Notes: a model not told the origin generated them from the letters alone. A DNA stretch of 63,773 bases, filler included, from Octopus bimaculoides (GCF_001194135.2; 8 parts of 7 records of this genome joined end to end with filler, not necessarily neighbours in it), one strand, 5' to 3'; numbered from the whole stretch's first letter, positions 26,111-39,844 are shown. Made by a program: numbers and translations.

Positions 26111-26747
26111 GTGTTTGCTGGTTGTTTTCGACGTCAGTGACTGAACATTCGCTGTTATTCTATATATCGTTAGCAGTGAGATTTAGCTGGCATGAGGCAT
26201 GCGGATGCCTACCACTAAAGAAGCGCATGTACACTAAAATTACGAGATTTGACATTTCCAGCACCCATGCCAGACGATTCTCGTCTGCTAGCGATATATG
26301 TCTAGTCTTAGTACCGTACATCTGTATGAGAGGATCTCTCAAGGCGAATAGTGTAGCATATAGCTTTCTAATAATATATTCACATTGAGTAGGATATAAA
26401 GAATGCTATATGTGTGAATAGTTATGTATGTGATAGTGTGTGTATATGTACGTTTTCGAGGTGAGAGGGATAACTTCCCTTGGCAAACAGGACACAGTCG
26501 TGTGTCGATAAGCCAGCTGGAGGAGATGTCCTCCTGGGGCTAAAAGCAACAGTAACATCCACCCCTAGGGGTCAGCCACACTTAAGTGGCAATATACTAC
26601 ACTTTATCGTGCAGTTACTGTTAATACTTCATTTAGAGAATTAACATTGCTTGTTTTCACCTTTTCAATATCAGTGAAGAATTTCACTGGAAAAGAAGAT
26701 ATAAGTTTGCCAGGTTTTTGTCTCTCTCACCAAGGTCATCAGCTGTC

Positions 26748-26790
26748 GGACGCCGACGAAGGGAAATAACCCTGAAATCCGGATACGTTC
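26748..26790 (+). ncRNA. Minimal type I hammerhead ribozyme motif (U4C variant)
   Basis: GGACG-CCGACGA-AGGG-AAATAA-CCCT-GAAA-TCCGGA-TA-CGTTC. Stem I GGACG/CGTTC (one G-U), stem II AGGG/CCCT, palindromic stem III, AUA cleavage triplet. Confidence 0.75.
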
Positions 26791-27550
26791 NNNNNNNNNN
26801 NNNNNNNNNNNNNNNNNNNNNNNNNNNNNNNNNNNNNNNNNNNNNNNNNNNNNNNNNNNNNNNNNNNNNNNNNNNNNNNNNNNNNNNNNNNNNNNNNNNN
26901 NNNNNNNNNNNNNNNNNNNNNNNNNNNNNNNNNNNNNNNNNNNNNNNNNNNNNNNNNNNNNNNNNNNNNNNNNNNNNNNNNNNNNNNNNNNNNNNNNNNN
27001 NNNNNNNNNNNNNNNNNNNNNNNNNNNNNNNNNNNNNNNNNNNNNNNNNNNNNNNNNNNNNNNNNNNNNNNNNNNNNNNNNNNNNNNNNNNNNNNNNNNN
27101 NNNNNNNNNNNNNNNNNNNNNNNNNNNNNNNNNNNNNNNNNNNNNNNNNNNNNNNNNNNNNNNNNNNNNNNNNNNNNNNNNNNNNNNNNNNNNNNNNNNN
27201 NNNNNNNNNNNNNNNNNNNNNNNNNNNNNNNNNNNNNNNNNNNNNNNNNNNNNNNNNNNNNNNNNNNNNNNNNNNNNNNNNNNNNNNNNNNNNNNNNNNN
27301 NNNNNNNNNNNNNNNNNNNNNNNNNNNNNNNNNNNNNNNNNNNNNNNNNNNNNNNNNNNNNNNNNNNNNNNNNNNNNNNNNNNNNNNNNNNNNNNNNNNN
27401 NNNNNNNNNNNNNNNNNNNNNNNNNNNNNNNNNNNNNNNNNNNNNNNNNNNNNNNNNNNNNNNNNNNNNNNNNNNNNNNNNNNNNNNNNNNNNNNNNNNN
27501 NNNNNNNNNNNNNNNNNNNNNNNNNNNNNNNNNNNNNNNNNNNNNNNNNN

Positions 27551-27598
<48 letters not shown>

Positions 27599-28793
27599 GA
27601 GGATGGATGGATGGATGGATAGACATGAGTTTGTATGTTTGGATATGTCGGTGTATATGGAAATTTATTTACGTATACGTATAAGTATGTGTAAGTGTAT
27701 ATTTATACATACATATATGAGCGTGTGCTTTTAAACTATTCCACTAATAATTCTTAAGCTTTTTCCTATGACCTGGGTCACTTCTATTTGATACTTTCGT
27801 GTCGTTCCCACCCCCTCTATCTTCCTCTAAGCCCATAACTTTTTATTATAGGTTAAGTACACAATATTGGCATATAAAGACGTATAATATATTTTGTAGC
27901 ATATTATGATTACATAACAAAACACCGCGTGCCTACAAGTCATTAATCCTTATTTTAGGTTATAATTTTGGCAGCTAAAGCGAAGCTTATCCCATCTAAT
28001 TTATTACGGTTTGTGCCATAGTAAACAAACTTTAATATTTCACCGTTTGAACGAACCAGACAACTGTCTGAACCTGCAGACTGATTAATGAAAGAAACTA
28101 ATAAGATGATGCTGTCAAGAAATTAAATTAAAATATTATTTTCGCATCTTTTCTTACATTTCTAACTTTTTTTTTTTTTGCATTCCACCTTCCTGAATTA
28201 TGAATCTCACACCAATTCACCCGTTACATTCTTCAAGAATTTTGCAAGGACAACATTGCAACACGTGCAGAGGTAAGCATATGTACCGTATATCCTTTGC
28301 ACCGCTGTTCCACATAAACGGTTTAGTCATTACGTTCCTGAAATCACTTTTATGTTTTCAAATAACCGTTACAGCCTATAGTTAGTTAACTGGACTCACA
28401 TCTCTCTTTTTCTCATAAGGATAAAGATGAATGTTCTAAATTTTATTCTGTTATTTCCTTTCTCAAGTTCTTTATGAAAATTTGGTTTGTACTTCTTGCA
28501 CTGATACATACATTGATATATAATTAATTAATTTAATTCAATTCAATTCAATCATGAATTTGCGTTATTTTTATATCTCTATACGAAACGATCGCCTGCA
28601 TGAATTAAAATTCTCTTATATAATTTGACAACTTCTCCATTTTTAACTAGACTGTTGTGTTTTATGGGATTTCTTTCCATAAATTCACAACGCNNNNNNN
28701 NNNNNNNNNNNNNNNNNNNNNNNNNNNNNNNNNNNNNTTAATTAATTAANNNNNNNNNNNNNNNNNNNNNNNNNNNNNNNNNNNNNNNNNNNN

Positions 28794-28843
<50 letters not shown>

Positions 28844-31800
28844 TACATATATATATATATATATAATTCAAAAGTTGGAGCCAACAAGAAGGGGTACTGT
28901 TGGACATTTATTTTTAATCACTACAATTGCTTCGACGCAAAGTAGTTCTCCAGGGATGCACGGACTTGATTATGCAACTGTTTCCTTCATTATAAGGTCT
29001 AGTGGTGTTTCCTCAGACGATATGTAAATATTGTCTCCAATTTTTTCAATTACCTATTCACACTCGACAGATGCCCAAACGCAGACCTTCAAGTATGCGT
29101 AATACAACTACTGGATAGCATAGGGTAGATCTGAAGGTGGACGAGTACTATACTGTACTCTACTACGTTCTTTACAGAATATATAATAACTATATATATA
29201 TATATATATATAATCATTATATATATATATATATATATATATATAATCATTATTTATATAGATAGGGTGATAAGTTGAATATTAATTCAATTTAAAACCA
29301 AGTGGCCTAGCATATAAAAAAATCTGAAAATTCAGAAAAAAATGTATACAACTTTATATATATATATATATATATATATCTTGTTCGGAATCGGTGGATT
29401 CAATCGGGCCCGGTTGGCAATGCCTGGTACGTTATGACCCGTGTTGGTGGCGAGTGGAGGCCCGATTCGTTATGACCTGTTCTTTTTGCAGCAGCAGCAG
29501 CAGCAGCAGTAGCAGCAGGTGGATGCACTACCGAGTTTGTCTGGTATGTCATGACCTGCCTGTCTCAGTGAGGCCCGGTGTGTTCTGACCTGCTGTTTGC
29601 ACCAGGTGGATGCACCACCGGGTTCTACCGTGACGCATTTTTGGCATCCTGTGTACTAAACCTCGCTGTTTCGGGTGGGTGGATACACTGCCAGACTTTT
29701 CTCTATCAGGCCTCACTACTAGCAACGGGTGGATGCACTACCAGGCGGAACCCTCCGTGGCTTGCACTTTGGTGTTAGTTAGTTGGCCGAAGACTACTCT
29801 AGGTAGTTGGGGCATGATAAGAAATTATAAACTTTCGAGAGAGCGCGAAATAATTCTTTTTCGAAATGAATCTCGAAACACACATAAAGGTATAATAAAA
29901 GCATGAAAATTTGAGATGTAGAGATGTGGATTCGAATTCCATGAGTAGTTATCGACCTTTTCTATCATCTATGTTATCATCTGTGACACTATCTGTCAAG
30001 CAACTTTAATGCAAAAATAGAACGGCAATAACAAAAAAAAGAACAAAAAAAACAATCGCTAAATACATTCCGATATAAACACAGTGTTACGTATTTATTG
30101 ATATCACCTTTAATCTCATAAAAACAGAATCATAAACACATTGATACATAAGTATTCACGTGTTGTGCATACATTTAGAAGTGGACAGACATAGGCTGGA
30201 ACATGGACAGGCCAGAAAAATAAAAAAAGAAAATATGTGTGTGTGTCTCTGTGTGTGTGTGTGTGTATTCATGGGTGTGAAAGGAAAAAAAAAACCCACA
30301 GGTACAATAAAACACGAGCGCTTTTGCCTTCTCTTTTACAGAAATCTATTTATCGTGATTTTATAAGTGTGTATGTGTGTGTATACATATATCTATACAT
30401 ATTTCAAATNNNNNNNNNNNNNNNNNNNNNNNNNNNNNNNNNNNNNNNNNNNNNNNNNNNNNNNNNNNNNNNNNNNNNNNNNNNNNNNNNNNNNNNNNNN
30501 NNNNNNNNNNNNNNNNNNNNNNNNNNNNNNNNNNNNNNNNNNNNNNNNNNNNNNNNNNNNNNNNNNNNNNNNNNNNNNNNNNNNNNNNNNNNNNNNNNNN
30601 NNNNNNNNNNNNNNNNNNNNNNNNNNNNNNNNNNNNNNNNNNNNNNNNNNNNNNNNNNNNNNNNNNNNNNNNNNNNNNNNNNNNNNNNNNNNNNNNNNNN
30701 NNNNNNNNNNNNNNNNNNNNNNNNNNNNNNNNNNNNNNNNNNNNNNNNNNNNNNNNNNNNNNNNNNNNNNNNNNNNNNNNNNNNNNNNNNNNNNNNNNNN
30801 NNNNNNNNNNNNNNNNNNNNNNNNNNNNNNNNNNNNNNNNNNNNNNNNNNNNNNNNNNNNNNNNNNNNNNNNNNNNNNNNNNNNNNNNNNNNNNNNNNNN
30901 NNNNNNNNNNNNNNNNNNNNNNNNNNNNNNNNNNNNNNNNNNNNNNNNNNNNNNNNNNNNNNNNNNNNNNNNNNNNNNNNNNNNNNNNNNNNNNNNNNNN
31001 NNNNNNNNNNNNNNNNNNNNNNNNNNNNNNNNNNNNNNNNNNNNNNNNNNNNNNNNNNNNNNNNNNNNNNNNNNNNNNNNNNNNNNNNNNNNNNNNNNNN
31101 NNNNNNNNNNNNNNNNNNNNNNNNNNNNNNNNNNNNNNNNNNNNNNNNNNNNNNNNNNNNNNNNNNNNNNNNNNNNNNNNNNNNNNNNNNNNNNNNNNNN
31201 NNNNNNNNNNNNNNNNNNNNNNNNNNNNNNNNNNNNNNNNNNNNNNNNNNNNNNNNNNNNNNNNNNNNNNNNNNNNCATACATACATACACACATAAATG
31301 CATACATAAATACATACATATATACATACTTATATATGAATATATAAGCATAACTATATATTGCATATACATATACATGTACATATATAGACATCTATCA
31401 ATCTATGTAATATATATATACATATGTGTTTGTGTACGTGTGTATATGCATACTTACACATGCATATACATATGCCTAAATATCTACCATGTATATATAG
31501 ATACACGCAATATACACGATGCATACAACACACACACATATACACACTCATATATACACACACTCACACACACACAAACATGCACAAACACACAAACACC
31601 GCCTCTACCCACCTCTCTCTCGCTCTCTTCCACACCTAACCCAGTCTTCCTCATACGCGCACACTTCGACACACAATCAAATGCGCTGACACGTCGCCAT
31701 TGGTTCAGTAGAGATTCCATATTGTACATCGAGTAATTTCAAAATATGTCCAAACGCTTACACCCGAGTGTGTAGTTGATGAATGTCAGGCGACTTTGGT

Positions 31801-32329
31801 AGGTCGTAAATTTCTTGTATAAAATACGTTGACACGTCCGACGGGATATAAAACTGGTTTGCTGTGTTAGGGCGCTGTTTCATGCTAACTAAGGTAACCT
31901 CAGTCACAAGACGCGCCCAATAAGAATGAAGAAAGAGATAAATAAAATAATCAAAAATGGGGGGAAAAAATAATAATAAAAATGTTTAATGATCGTTTTC
32001 ATACGATGTTGTTTGGAATGGAGTGTCCCGAGCGAGGGAGAATGCCATGGTGTCAAAAATGTGGCTTTTATATGCTACATTGGTGTTTCCTTGTTTCCCA
32101 GTATTGTTATGTGTAAAAGTATAGCAAAATAACGTGAAAGCGAGAGAAATGGAAAGAATTATTGAAAGTGAAAGTAAGAAAGAACGAAAGAAAGGACAAT
32201 AGAAATGAAGAAACAAACAATAGAAGCTATAGGGTAGGATAGAGATTATGGTCTTTCGGTGAGAAGCGAAAATAGAAAGGTGTAAAGAAAAGGCAACAGA
32301 AATATAAAAGTTGTATAGCAAAATGCAAC

Positions 32330-32850
32330 GTGCTACCGAATTGGCAAAAGCTTCAGGGTATCAGATAAAATTCCTTGTAGTATTTATTCCGGTACTTCAC
32401 GTTCTGAGTTCAAATCATGCCAAGGTCAACTTTTGCCTTTCATCGTCTCGGGTGTCATGGACGAAAGTTTTAGTCTAACGCTAAATTATTAGAGCACCAG
32501 ACAGAATGCTTTGCCCTACTGGTTCCGGAACTTTGCGTTCTGTGTTCAAATCGCGCCGTGGTTAACTTTCCCTTCCACCCTTTCAGAGTCAACAGAAAAT
32601 ACCAACCCAGCGCAGTGGGTTGGAAAAACTCAGAACGTTGGCTACGGCATCTGGTGACATTTATTCTGATTCTTTGCGTTCTGAGTTCAAATCTTGCCAA
32701 AAGGAGCTTTGCTTTTTTTATTCTTTCAAGCTCAATTAAAACTATCAATCCACTGCGTTTGATTGGCGGAACAATAAGAACGTCGGCCAGAACAACTTCC
32801 AATATTTCCTTCGGCCCTTTGCTTACTGTGTTCAAATCTTGTACTTATAT
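32330..32850. mobile_element. Cluster of about five degenerate family A fragments in both orientations
   Basis: Repeated gttctgagttcaaatc / gttctgtgttcaaatc / actgtgttcaaatc B-box-like blocks, and one inverted block near 32600-32650. Confidence 0.65.
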
Positions 32851-34224
32851 CAGTATTTATCCTTGGTTTTCTACATTCAATGTTTAAGCTTTATCAATCT
32901 TTTATCTTATAATTGTTTCTGTCATTAAATTACGACCATAATGCAGCACCGTCTTGAAGTGTTTAGTCGAACAAATCAACCCAAGTAGTTAATTATTTCT
33001 TAAGTCCGATTCTCATTCTATCTTTTCCTTTTGTTGAACCGCTAACTTACGGAAATGCTAAGAATTTAACACCGGTTGTCAAGTGATGGCAGGGCAACAA
33101 ACACAAATACAAACACTCACACATGCACACATACATACATACATACATACATACATACATACATACAAACGTATTTTATATTTATATCTCTATATATATA
33201 TATATGTGTGTGTGTGTGTGCGGCTCATTTGAGGTCGACAAAATAAGTATCAGCGTTATACAGTGGTCGACAATATTTACCCTCTATTAATTTAAATTTG
33301 GGATTTAATAGATTAAAAAAGAAAAAAATTCAATGCTGACGATTTCAGAAGTTAGGTCAGTTGAGAGAAGAACGAAATTTGTCTTTGTATTTTATTTCGC
33401 ATTTTTTGTGTTCGTAGTTCAAACCTAGCTGGTCGACCCAGTTAAAATTNNNNNNNNNNNNNNNNNNNNNNNNNNNNNNNNNNNNNNNNNNNNNNNNNNN
33501 NNNNNNNNNNNNNNNNNNNNNNNNNNNNNNNNNNNNNNNNNNNNNNNNNNNNNNNNNNNNNNNNNNNNNNNNNNNNNNNNNNNNNNNNNNNNNNNNNNNN
33601 NNNNNNNNNNNNNNNNNNNNNNNNNNNNNNNNNNNNNNNNNNNNNNNNNNNNNNNNNNNNNNNNNNNNNNNNNNNNNNNNNNNNNNNNNNNNNNNNNNNN
33701 NNNNNNNNNNNNNNNNNNNNNNNNNNNNNNNNNNNNNNNNNNNNNNNNNNNNNNNNNNNNNNNNNNNNNNNNNNNNNNNNNNNNNNNNNNNNNNNNNNNN
33801 NNNNNNNNNNNNNNNNNNNNNNNNNNNNNNNNNNNNNNNNNNNNNNNNNNNNNNNNNNNNNNNNNNNNNNNNNNNNNNNNNNNNNNNNNNNNNNNNNNNN
33901 NNNNNNNNNNNNNNNNNNNNNNNNNNNNNNNNNNNNNNNNNNNNNNNNNNNNNNNNNNNNNNNNNNNNNNNNNNNNNNNNNNNNNNNNNNNNNNNNNNNN
34001 NNNNNNNNNNNNNNNNNNNNNNNNNNNNNNNNNNNNNNNNNNNNNNNNNNNNNNNNNNNNNNNNNNNNNNNNNNNNNNNNNNNNNNNNNNNNNNNNNNNN
34101 NNNNNNNNNNNNNNNNNNNNNNNNNNNNNNNNNNNNNNNNNNNNNNNNNNNNNNNNNNNNNNNNNNNNNNNNNNNNNNNNNNNNNNNNNNNNNNNNNNNN
34201 NNNNNNNNNNNNNNNNNNNNNNNA

Positions 34225-34509
34225 ACATAAAGACAGACGAAATACCGCTAAGCATCTCGCCTAGCGTGCTAACGATTCTGCCAGCTCGCCAACTTTCTTT
34301 TCTACTCTAGGCACAAGGTCCGAAATTTCTGGGGAGGGGGCCAGTCGATTAGATCGACCCTGTACGCATATGGTACTTAATTTATCAACCCCGAAAGGGT
34401 GAAAGGCAAAGTCGACATCGGCGGAATTTGAACTCAGAATGTAAAGACAGACGAAATACCATTAAGCATTTCGCCCGGCGTGCTAACGATTCTACACCAG
34501 CTCGCCACC
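34225..34509 (-). mobile_element. Two tandem family A copies (a partial head, then a full copy)
   Basis: Both carry gacgaaatac...ctaacgattct...ccagctcgcc. The second has the tail tctactctaggcacaagg. Confidence 0.85.
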
Positions 34510-34794
34510 TTCTATCTTCTTCTCACTACCCGGACTGATCTTTTTAAAATCACAAGTGGTAAACTNNNNNNNNNNNNNNNNNNNNNNNNNNNNNNNNNNN
34601 NNNNNNNNNNNNNNNNNNNNNNNNNNNNNNNNNNNNNNNNNNNNNNNNNNNNNNNNNNNNNNNNNNNNNNNNNNNNNNNNNNNNNNNNNNNNNNNNNNNN
34701 NNNNNNNNNNNNNNNNNNNNNNNNNNNNNNNNNNNNNNNNNNNNNNNNNNNNNNNNNNNNNNNNNNNNNNNNNNNNNNNNNNNNNNNNNNTATA

Positions 34795-34940
34795 TATACG
34801 ACAGGCTTCCTTCAGTTTCCGTCAACCAAATCCACTCACAAGGCTTTGGTCGACCCGAGGCCACAGTAGAAGACTAGGGTACCACGCAGTGGGGCTGAAC
34901 CTGGAACCATGTGGTTGGGACGCAAGCTTCTTACCACACT
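34795..34940 (-). mobile_element. SINE family B 5' half
   Basis: cttcagtttccgtcaaccaaatccactcacaaggctttggtcg...aagcttcttaccacac. Confidence 0.8.
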
Positions 34941-35352
34941 GTGAAATAGTACCTATTTGCAGATAGGGGAAATGAGCAAACACTAGTTATGTGTCGCGCT
35001 ATTGTGAGTCCTGTCTTCTTGTCAACTCGTTTGGTGAGGTTGTACAACGAAAAAGAAAGAAAGAAATAGAGAAAGAAATGTTCTTACGAAGTAGAAGAAA
35101 AGAAAGAAAGAGAGAAAAGAAGGAAGAAAGAAAGAGCTAATAGGGCAAAGAAGAATAGGAAAAAAATCTACTTAAATATTTGTTGTTATTTATAATGATG
35201 GTGGCAATGAAACCCTTCAACAAAACCCTTTCCGATCAGACGCCCAAGTCCCACCGCCATCCCAACGTTGCACCACACCACAGACCAAACCAACTTTCAG
35301 TCGAATTCCAACCATATTCTCTTTAAGTCACCACCAACCACTTCACCACTGC

Positions 35353-35353
35353 T

Positions 35354-35404
<51 letters not shown>

Positions 35405-35425
35405 GCAACAACAACAGCAACAATA
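35353..35425. repeat. (AAC)n microsatellite within an ACC/GCC-rich low-complexity region
   Basis: Directly visible. Confidence 0.9.
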
Positions 35426-36898
35426 ACAAGGACAAGCGAAATAAAAGTAAAAACAACACTAATAGTATCGATGAGAACCAGTATCACCAGCAAACACCAG
35501 TAAACACCAGAGAAACTATCGCCACAATAACAGCAACAACATGAAGATGCAGGGGTAAGTAACAGCAACAGCACAACAAAAAAAAGGACTTCTAATCATC
35601 ATCTCCATCGTCACCCGGCAATATTATGAACCACAGTCATCGCCTTCGCTGCCATCACCACAATAGCAAAACAAGAGCAACGTCGACGACCTCAAGAACG
35701 ACCAGCGGCACTACCACTTCTACCACTACTAGCGCCATCTCTACCACTTCTACCACCGCCGCCGCCGCCGCCGCCGCAATCCCTACCACCTTCACCACTA
35801 CCGTCTTCGCCATCCCCGGCTGTTACATTGTATAGGAGAAAAAAAAATTTGCTAATGACGGACACAAGTTAGACATTCACACCAGCAACGTTGAAACGGA
35901 GTGAACATCGTTTACAATATGGCTGCGGGTGACAGCACTTCATTCCATGACAGATGGCTTTATAAACCAGCAAAAACACGCTGGTTCGGAGAATGGAACA
36001 GAGCGGAGATCAGGCTGAGAGAGAGAGAGAGAGAGGCAGAGAGAGAGATAGACAAACAGAAATATAGAGAAAGAGAGACAAGGAGTTACGGAGAAAAAGG
36101 AGAGAAAGAAGAATCAGAGCGACTGAGCCAGAGCAAGCAAAAGAGTGAGAATGTAAAAAGTGAGTGGGAGTAGATGAATACATGACAGTAAGAGTGAGAG
36201 TGGGCATGGGAGTGGGAGTAGGAGTGGGAGTAAGTGCTTAGGTGAGAGTGGGAGGGGTGCTATGAAAGAATCCTCTCGTCAACAACGTCGCAAGGGTCTT
36301 CTTCCACCCTAACCATATGGTGACTTTATATGATGAAATGTTACCGCTTTAATCCTTTTACCTTCCTTTCCCTTTCACCTCAGTCTTACACCGTCTCCAG
36401 CTATCCCTCCCATTTCGCCTTTCTCTCCTTCTGTCGCTCTCTCACTCTCTCATGTTTACTATAATTATTTTTCTTTTCACCCCCCCCCTCTCTCTCTTTA
36501 TCTCTCTCTCTCTCCCCCTCTCTCTTCCTCGTTTACACATGTACATTCTCTTGTTCTCCTTTATTCGCTACTTTCATTTCATTGCCGTTCTTTTTTTTAA
36601 ACTTTTTTATTACTTGTTTTATATATTTATTATACCTGCATATCGATATTGTATAATAAACGATAGAACACAAAATAAAATGTTATGCAGCTCCTTAGGG
36701 ATTAATACAATTATACTTAAGAGTCCCTCCAACACCACCCAAGACACACGCAAATACACACAAAACACACACAATACATACATACAACATATATATACAT
36801 ATATATATAATATATATATATATATTATATATATATTCATGTGTGTATATACATTTATAAATGTGTGTATACATGCACTCACACACATACAAACACTT

Positions 36899-36933
<35 letters not shown>

Positions 36934-37108
36934 CGTACATGCATACGAACATACATACATATATAGACATACATACGTGCGTACATACATACATATAGAT
37001 ATATAGGTATACATATATACAATATATACATATACCTGCATATATATATGTATATATGTGTGTGTGTGTGTGTGTATACATACTTTTATATCTATATATA
37101 TATGTATA

Positions 37109-37149
<41 letters not shown>

Positions 37150-37659
37150 TTATTTATTTATTTATTTATTTATATATAGATATATAGATATGTATATATA
37201 TACTTATATATATGTACTTACATAAATGTACATAAATATGCACACTCAAATACACAATATATGTGTGTGTTAGAGCGTGTGTATGTTTGTGCGCGCGTAT
37301 GTGCGTGTGTAAATGAATGTGTGTGTGTGTGTAAATGAATGTGTGTGTGTGAGTGTGTATGAACCACTGACACATGCAATAGAAATGCCGGGGTAAACAA
37401 TACAATAAACCTCATGAATGTCAAATGAATTCGACAAGCGCAGCATGCGCAGCTTGAAACCGCAAACTAATCAGTGGTCACCCTCATTCATTATCCTCGG
37501 CAGTGAAGAGTCTACCCCCTCTAATGCTGGTACCACACTTTTAGTTTATACCTCCATCTGCCCCCTCTCTTATTACTTATTTTTTTGCAGGTACTCGATT
37601 GAATTCGGGAACTTTAAGAGAGTTTTTTATTTTATTTTAATGGTTTAGTAGTAATAAAA

Positions 37660-38056
37660 TTAATAATTTGTTAGCTAGTTAGATAATTTTATTACTAAAA
37701 AAAATTATTATTTGTTAGCTAGTTAGATAATTTTATTACTAAAAAAAATTATTATTTGTTAGCGAATTAGATAATTTTATTACTAAAAAAAAAATTAATA
37801 ATTTGTTAGCTAGTTAGATAATTTTATTACTAAAAAAAAATAATAATAATTTGTTAGCGAGTTAGATCATTTTATTACTAAAAAAATAAATTAATAATTT
37901 GTTAGCGAGTTAGATAATTTTATTACTAAAAAAAAATTAATAATTTGTTAGCTAGTTACATAATTTTATTACTAAAAAAAATTAATAATTTGTTAGCTAG
38001 TTAGATAATTTTATTACTAAAAAAAAATTAATAATTTGTTAGCTAATTAGATAATT
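37660..38056. repeat. AT-rich minisatellite, about 9 copies of a 44-48 bp unit
   Basis: Unit ataatttgttagctagttagataattttattactaaaaaaaatta; length varies in the A run. Confidence 0.92.
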
Positions 38057-38314
38057 GTGGAGTCGCGTGGCTTAGTGGTTAGGGTGTCAGCGTCACGATC
38101 GTAAGATTGTGGTTTCGATTCCTGGACCGGGTGACGCGTTGTGTTCTTGAGCAAAACACTTCATTTCACGTTGCTCCAGTTCACACAGCTGGCAAAAATG
38201 AGTAACGCTGCGATGGACTGGCGTCCCGTCCAGCTGGGGAACACACACACTATTGAAACCGGGAAACCGGGCCCACGAGCCTGGCTAGGCTTGAAAAGGG
38301 CGTATTTATTTTTT
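38057..38314 (+). mobile_element. SINE family C, full length (tRNA head; central block recalls the V domain, unverified)
   Basis: A box TGGCTTAGTGG at 38068-38078, B-box-like GGTTTCGATTCC at 38111-38122, gcgatggactggcgtcccgtccag block. Flanked by aattagataatt / agttagataatt (11 of 12 identical, TSD-like). Confidence 0.88.
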
Positions 38315-39574
38315 AGTTAGATAATTAACTAGTTAGTTATTTAATTTTTGGATGATGTAAAAATTGTATAATTTTATACCAGAGTCCTTTTTTGGGGCTT
38401 GATAAATATGCTTTTTGAAATATATGCACTCGTATATTTGTCAACAGAGTGGGTATATCAATCAAAGTATAGAGTATTATAGATCCATTTCAATCGATCT
38501 TTCAAATTTGTTTTGTCCTGAGTATTAAATTACCTGTCGGAAACCTTGTTGGTAAAATCGGCTGAAATGAATCTATAGTACTACATACTTTGAGTAATGT
38601 TTATACATAATTAGGATAAAGTCATTATTTCATGATTTATCAGTGGCCAGCGTACTAATAGTACTATAATGGTTAATTCATATTTAAATATAATTATGAT
38701 AATTGTAATTTTATAATTATGCTTAAATATATATNNNNNNNNNNNNNNNNNNNNNNNNNNNNNNNNNNNNNNNNNNNNTTAATTAATTAANNNNNNNNNN
38801 NNNNNNNNNNNNNNNNNNNNNNNNNNNNNNNNNNTATATATATATATATATGTACACATATATATACATATATACATACACACATATATATACATATATA
38901 TATGCATATACATATATCTATATATATATATATGCATATACATATATCTATATATATATATATACACACACACATATATATATACACACACACACATATA
39001 TATATATACACACACACATATATATATACACACACACACATATATATATACATATATATATATATATACATATATATATTTACACACACATATATATACA
39101 TATATATATATATATATTTACACACATATATATACATATATATATATACATATATATATATATATTTACACACATATATATATACATGTATACACACATA
39201 CACATATATATGTACACCTGTATACATGTCTCTGTGCATGCGCCTGCGAGCGTGCGTACGTTCGTGTAGATGTTTGTGCGCATGCGCAAGCTTTGGTAGA
39301 ATTTGGTGAGCAGCATGGCAAGGGTAGGGGGAGGGGTGTATTGGAATAGTTACAGATTTGAAACTTGAAACTATTGTGATTTTCAAAATATATACAACAA
39401 ATGAACAGCTAAAATATATATATAAAAAAAATATATAAAAATACACATATATAAACATATACAAAAACATAAAATATAGAGGATAAAAATTTGTAAAAAT
39501 ATATGTTAAATATATAGAAATATTCAATCGGATTCTTTGAAAATAGTGACAAGTTGAAAGACGTGTGAGATGGA

Positions 39575-39844
39575 TTAGGTTGGGTTGTTAAGGGGCGGTG
39601 ATTGGGGGAATTTAGAGGGGTCTGATGGTGGGGTAGAGTTAGAGAGAGAGAGGGATATATAGAGATGAAGGGCTGAATGAGAAGGTGAGTGCGGGGAGAG
39701 AGAATGGTAGTTAGGGAGAGAGACAAGTAATGGTTGGTAGGTAGATAGATAGTGAGATAGAGAGAGGGGGGAGGGAGGGAGACACAGCGAGAGTGAAAGA
39801 GAAAGAGATAGACAAAGCAAGAGAGAGACGGAAAGCAAAAGATT

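Noticed and set aside
33335-33385. CTGACGA...GAAA candidate hammerhead
   Set aside because: No stem II or stem I pairing.
35626-35835. Thr/Ala-rich mucin-like ORF
   Set aside because: Built from ACC/GCC simple repeats; no splice or signal evidence.
38057-38130. Functional tRNA gene
   Set aside because: A and B boxes are present, but there is no cloverleaf acceptor pairing and it continues into a SINE body found several times in the window.
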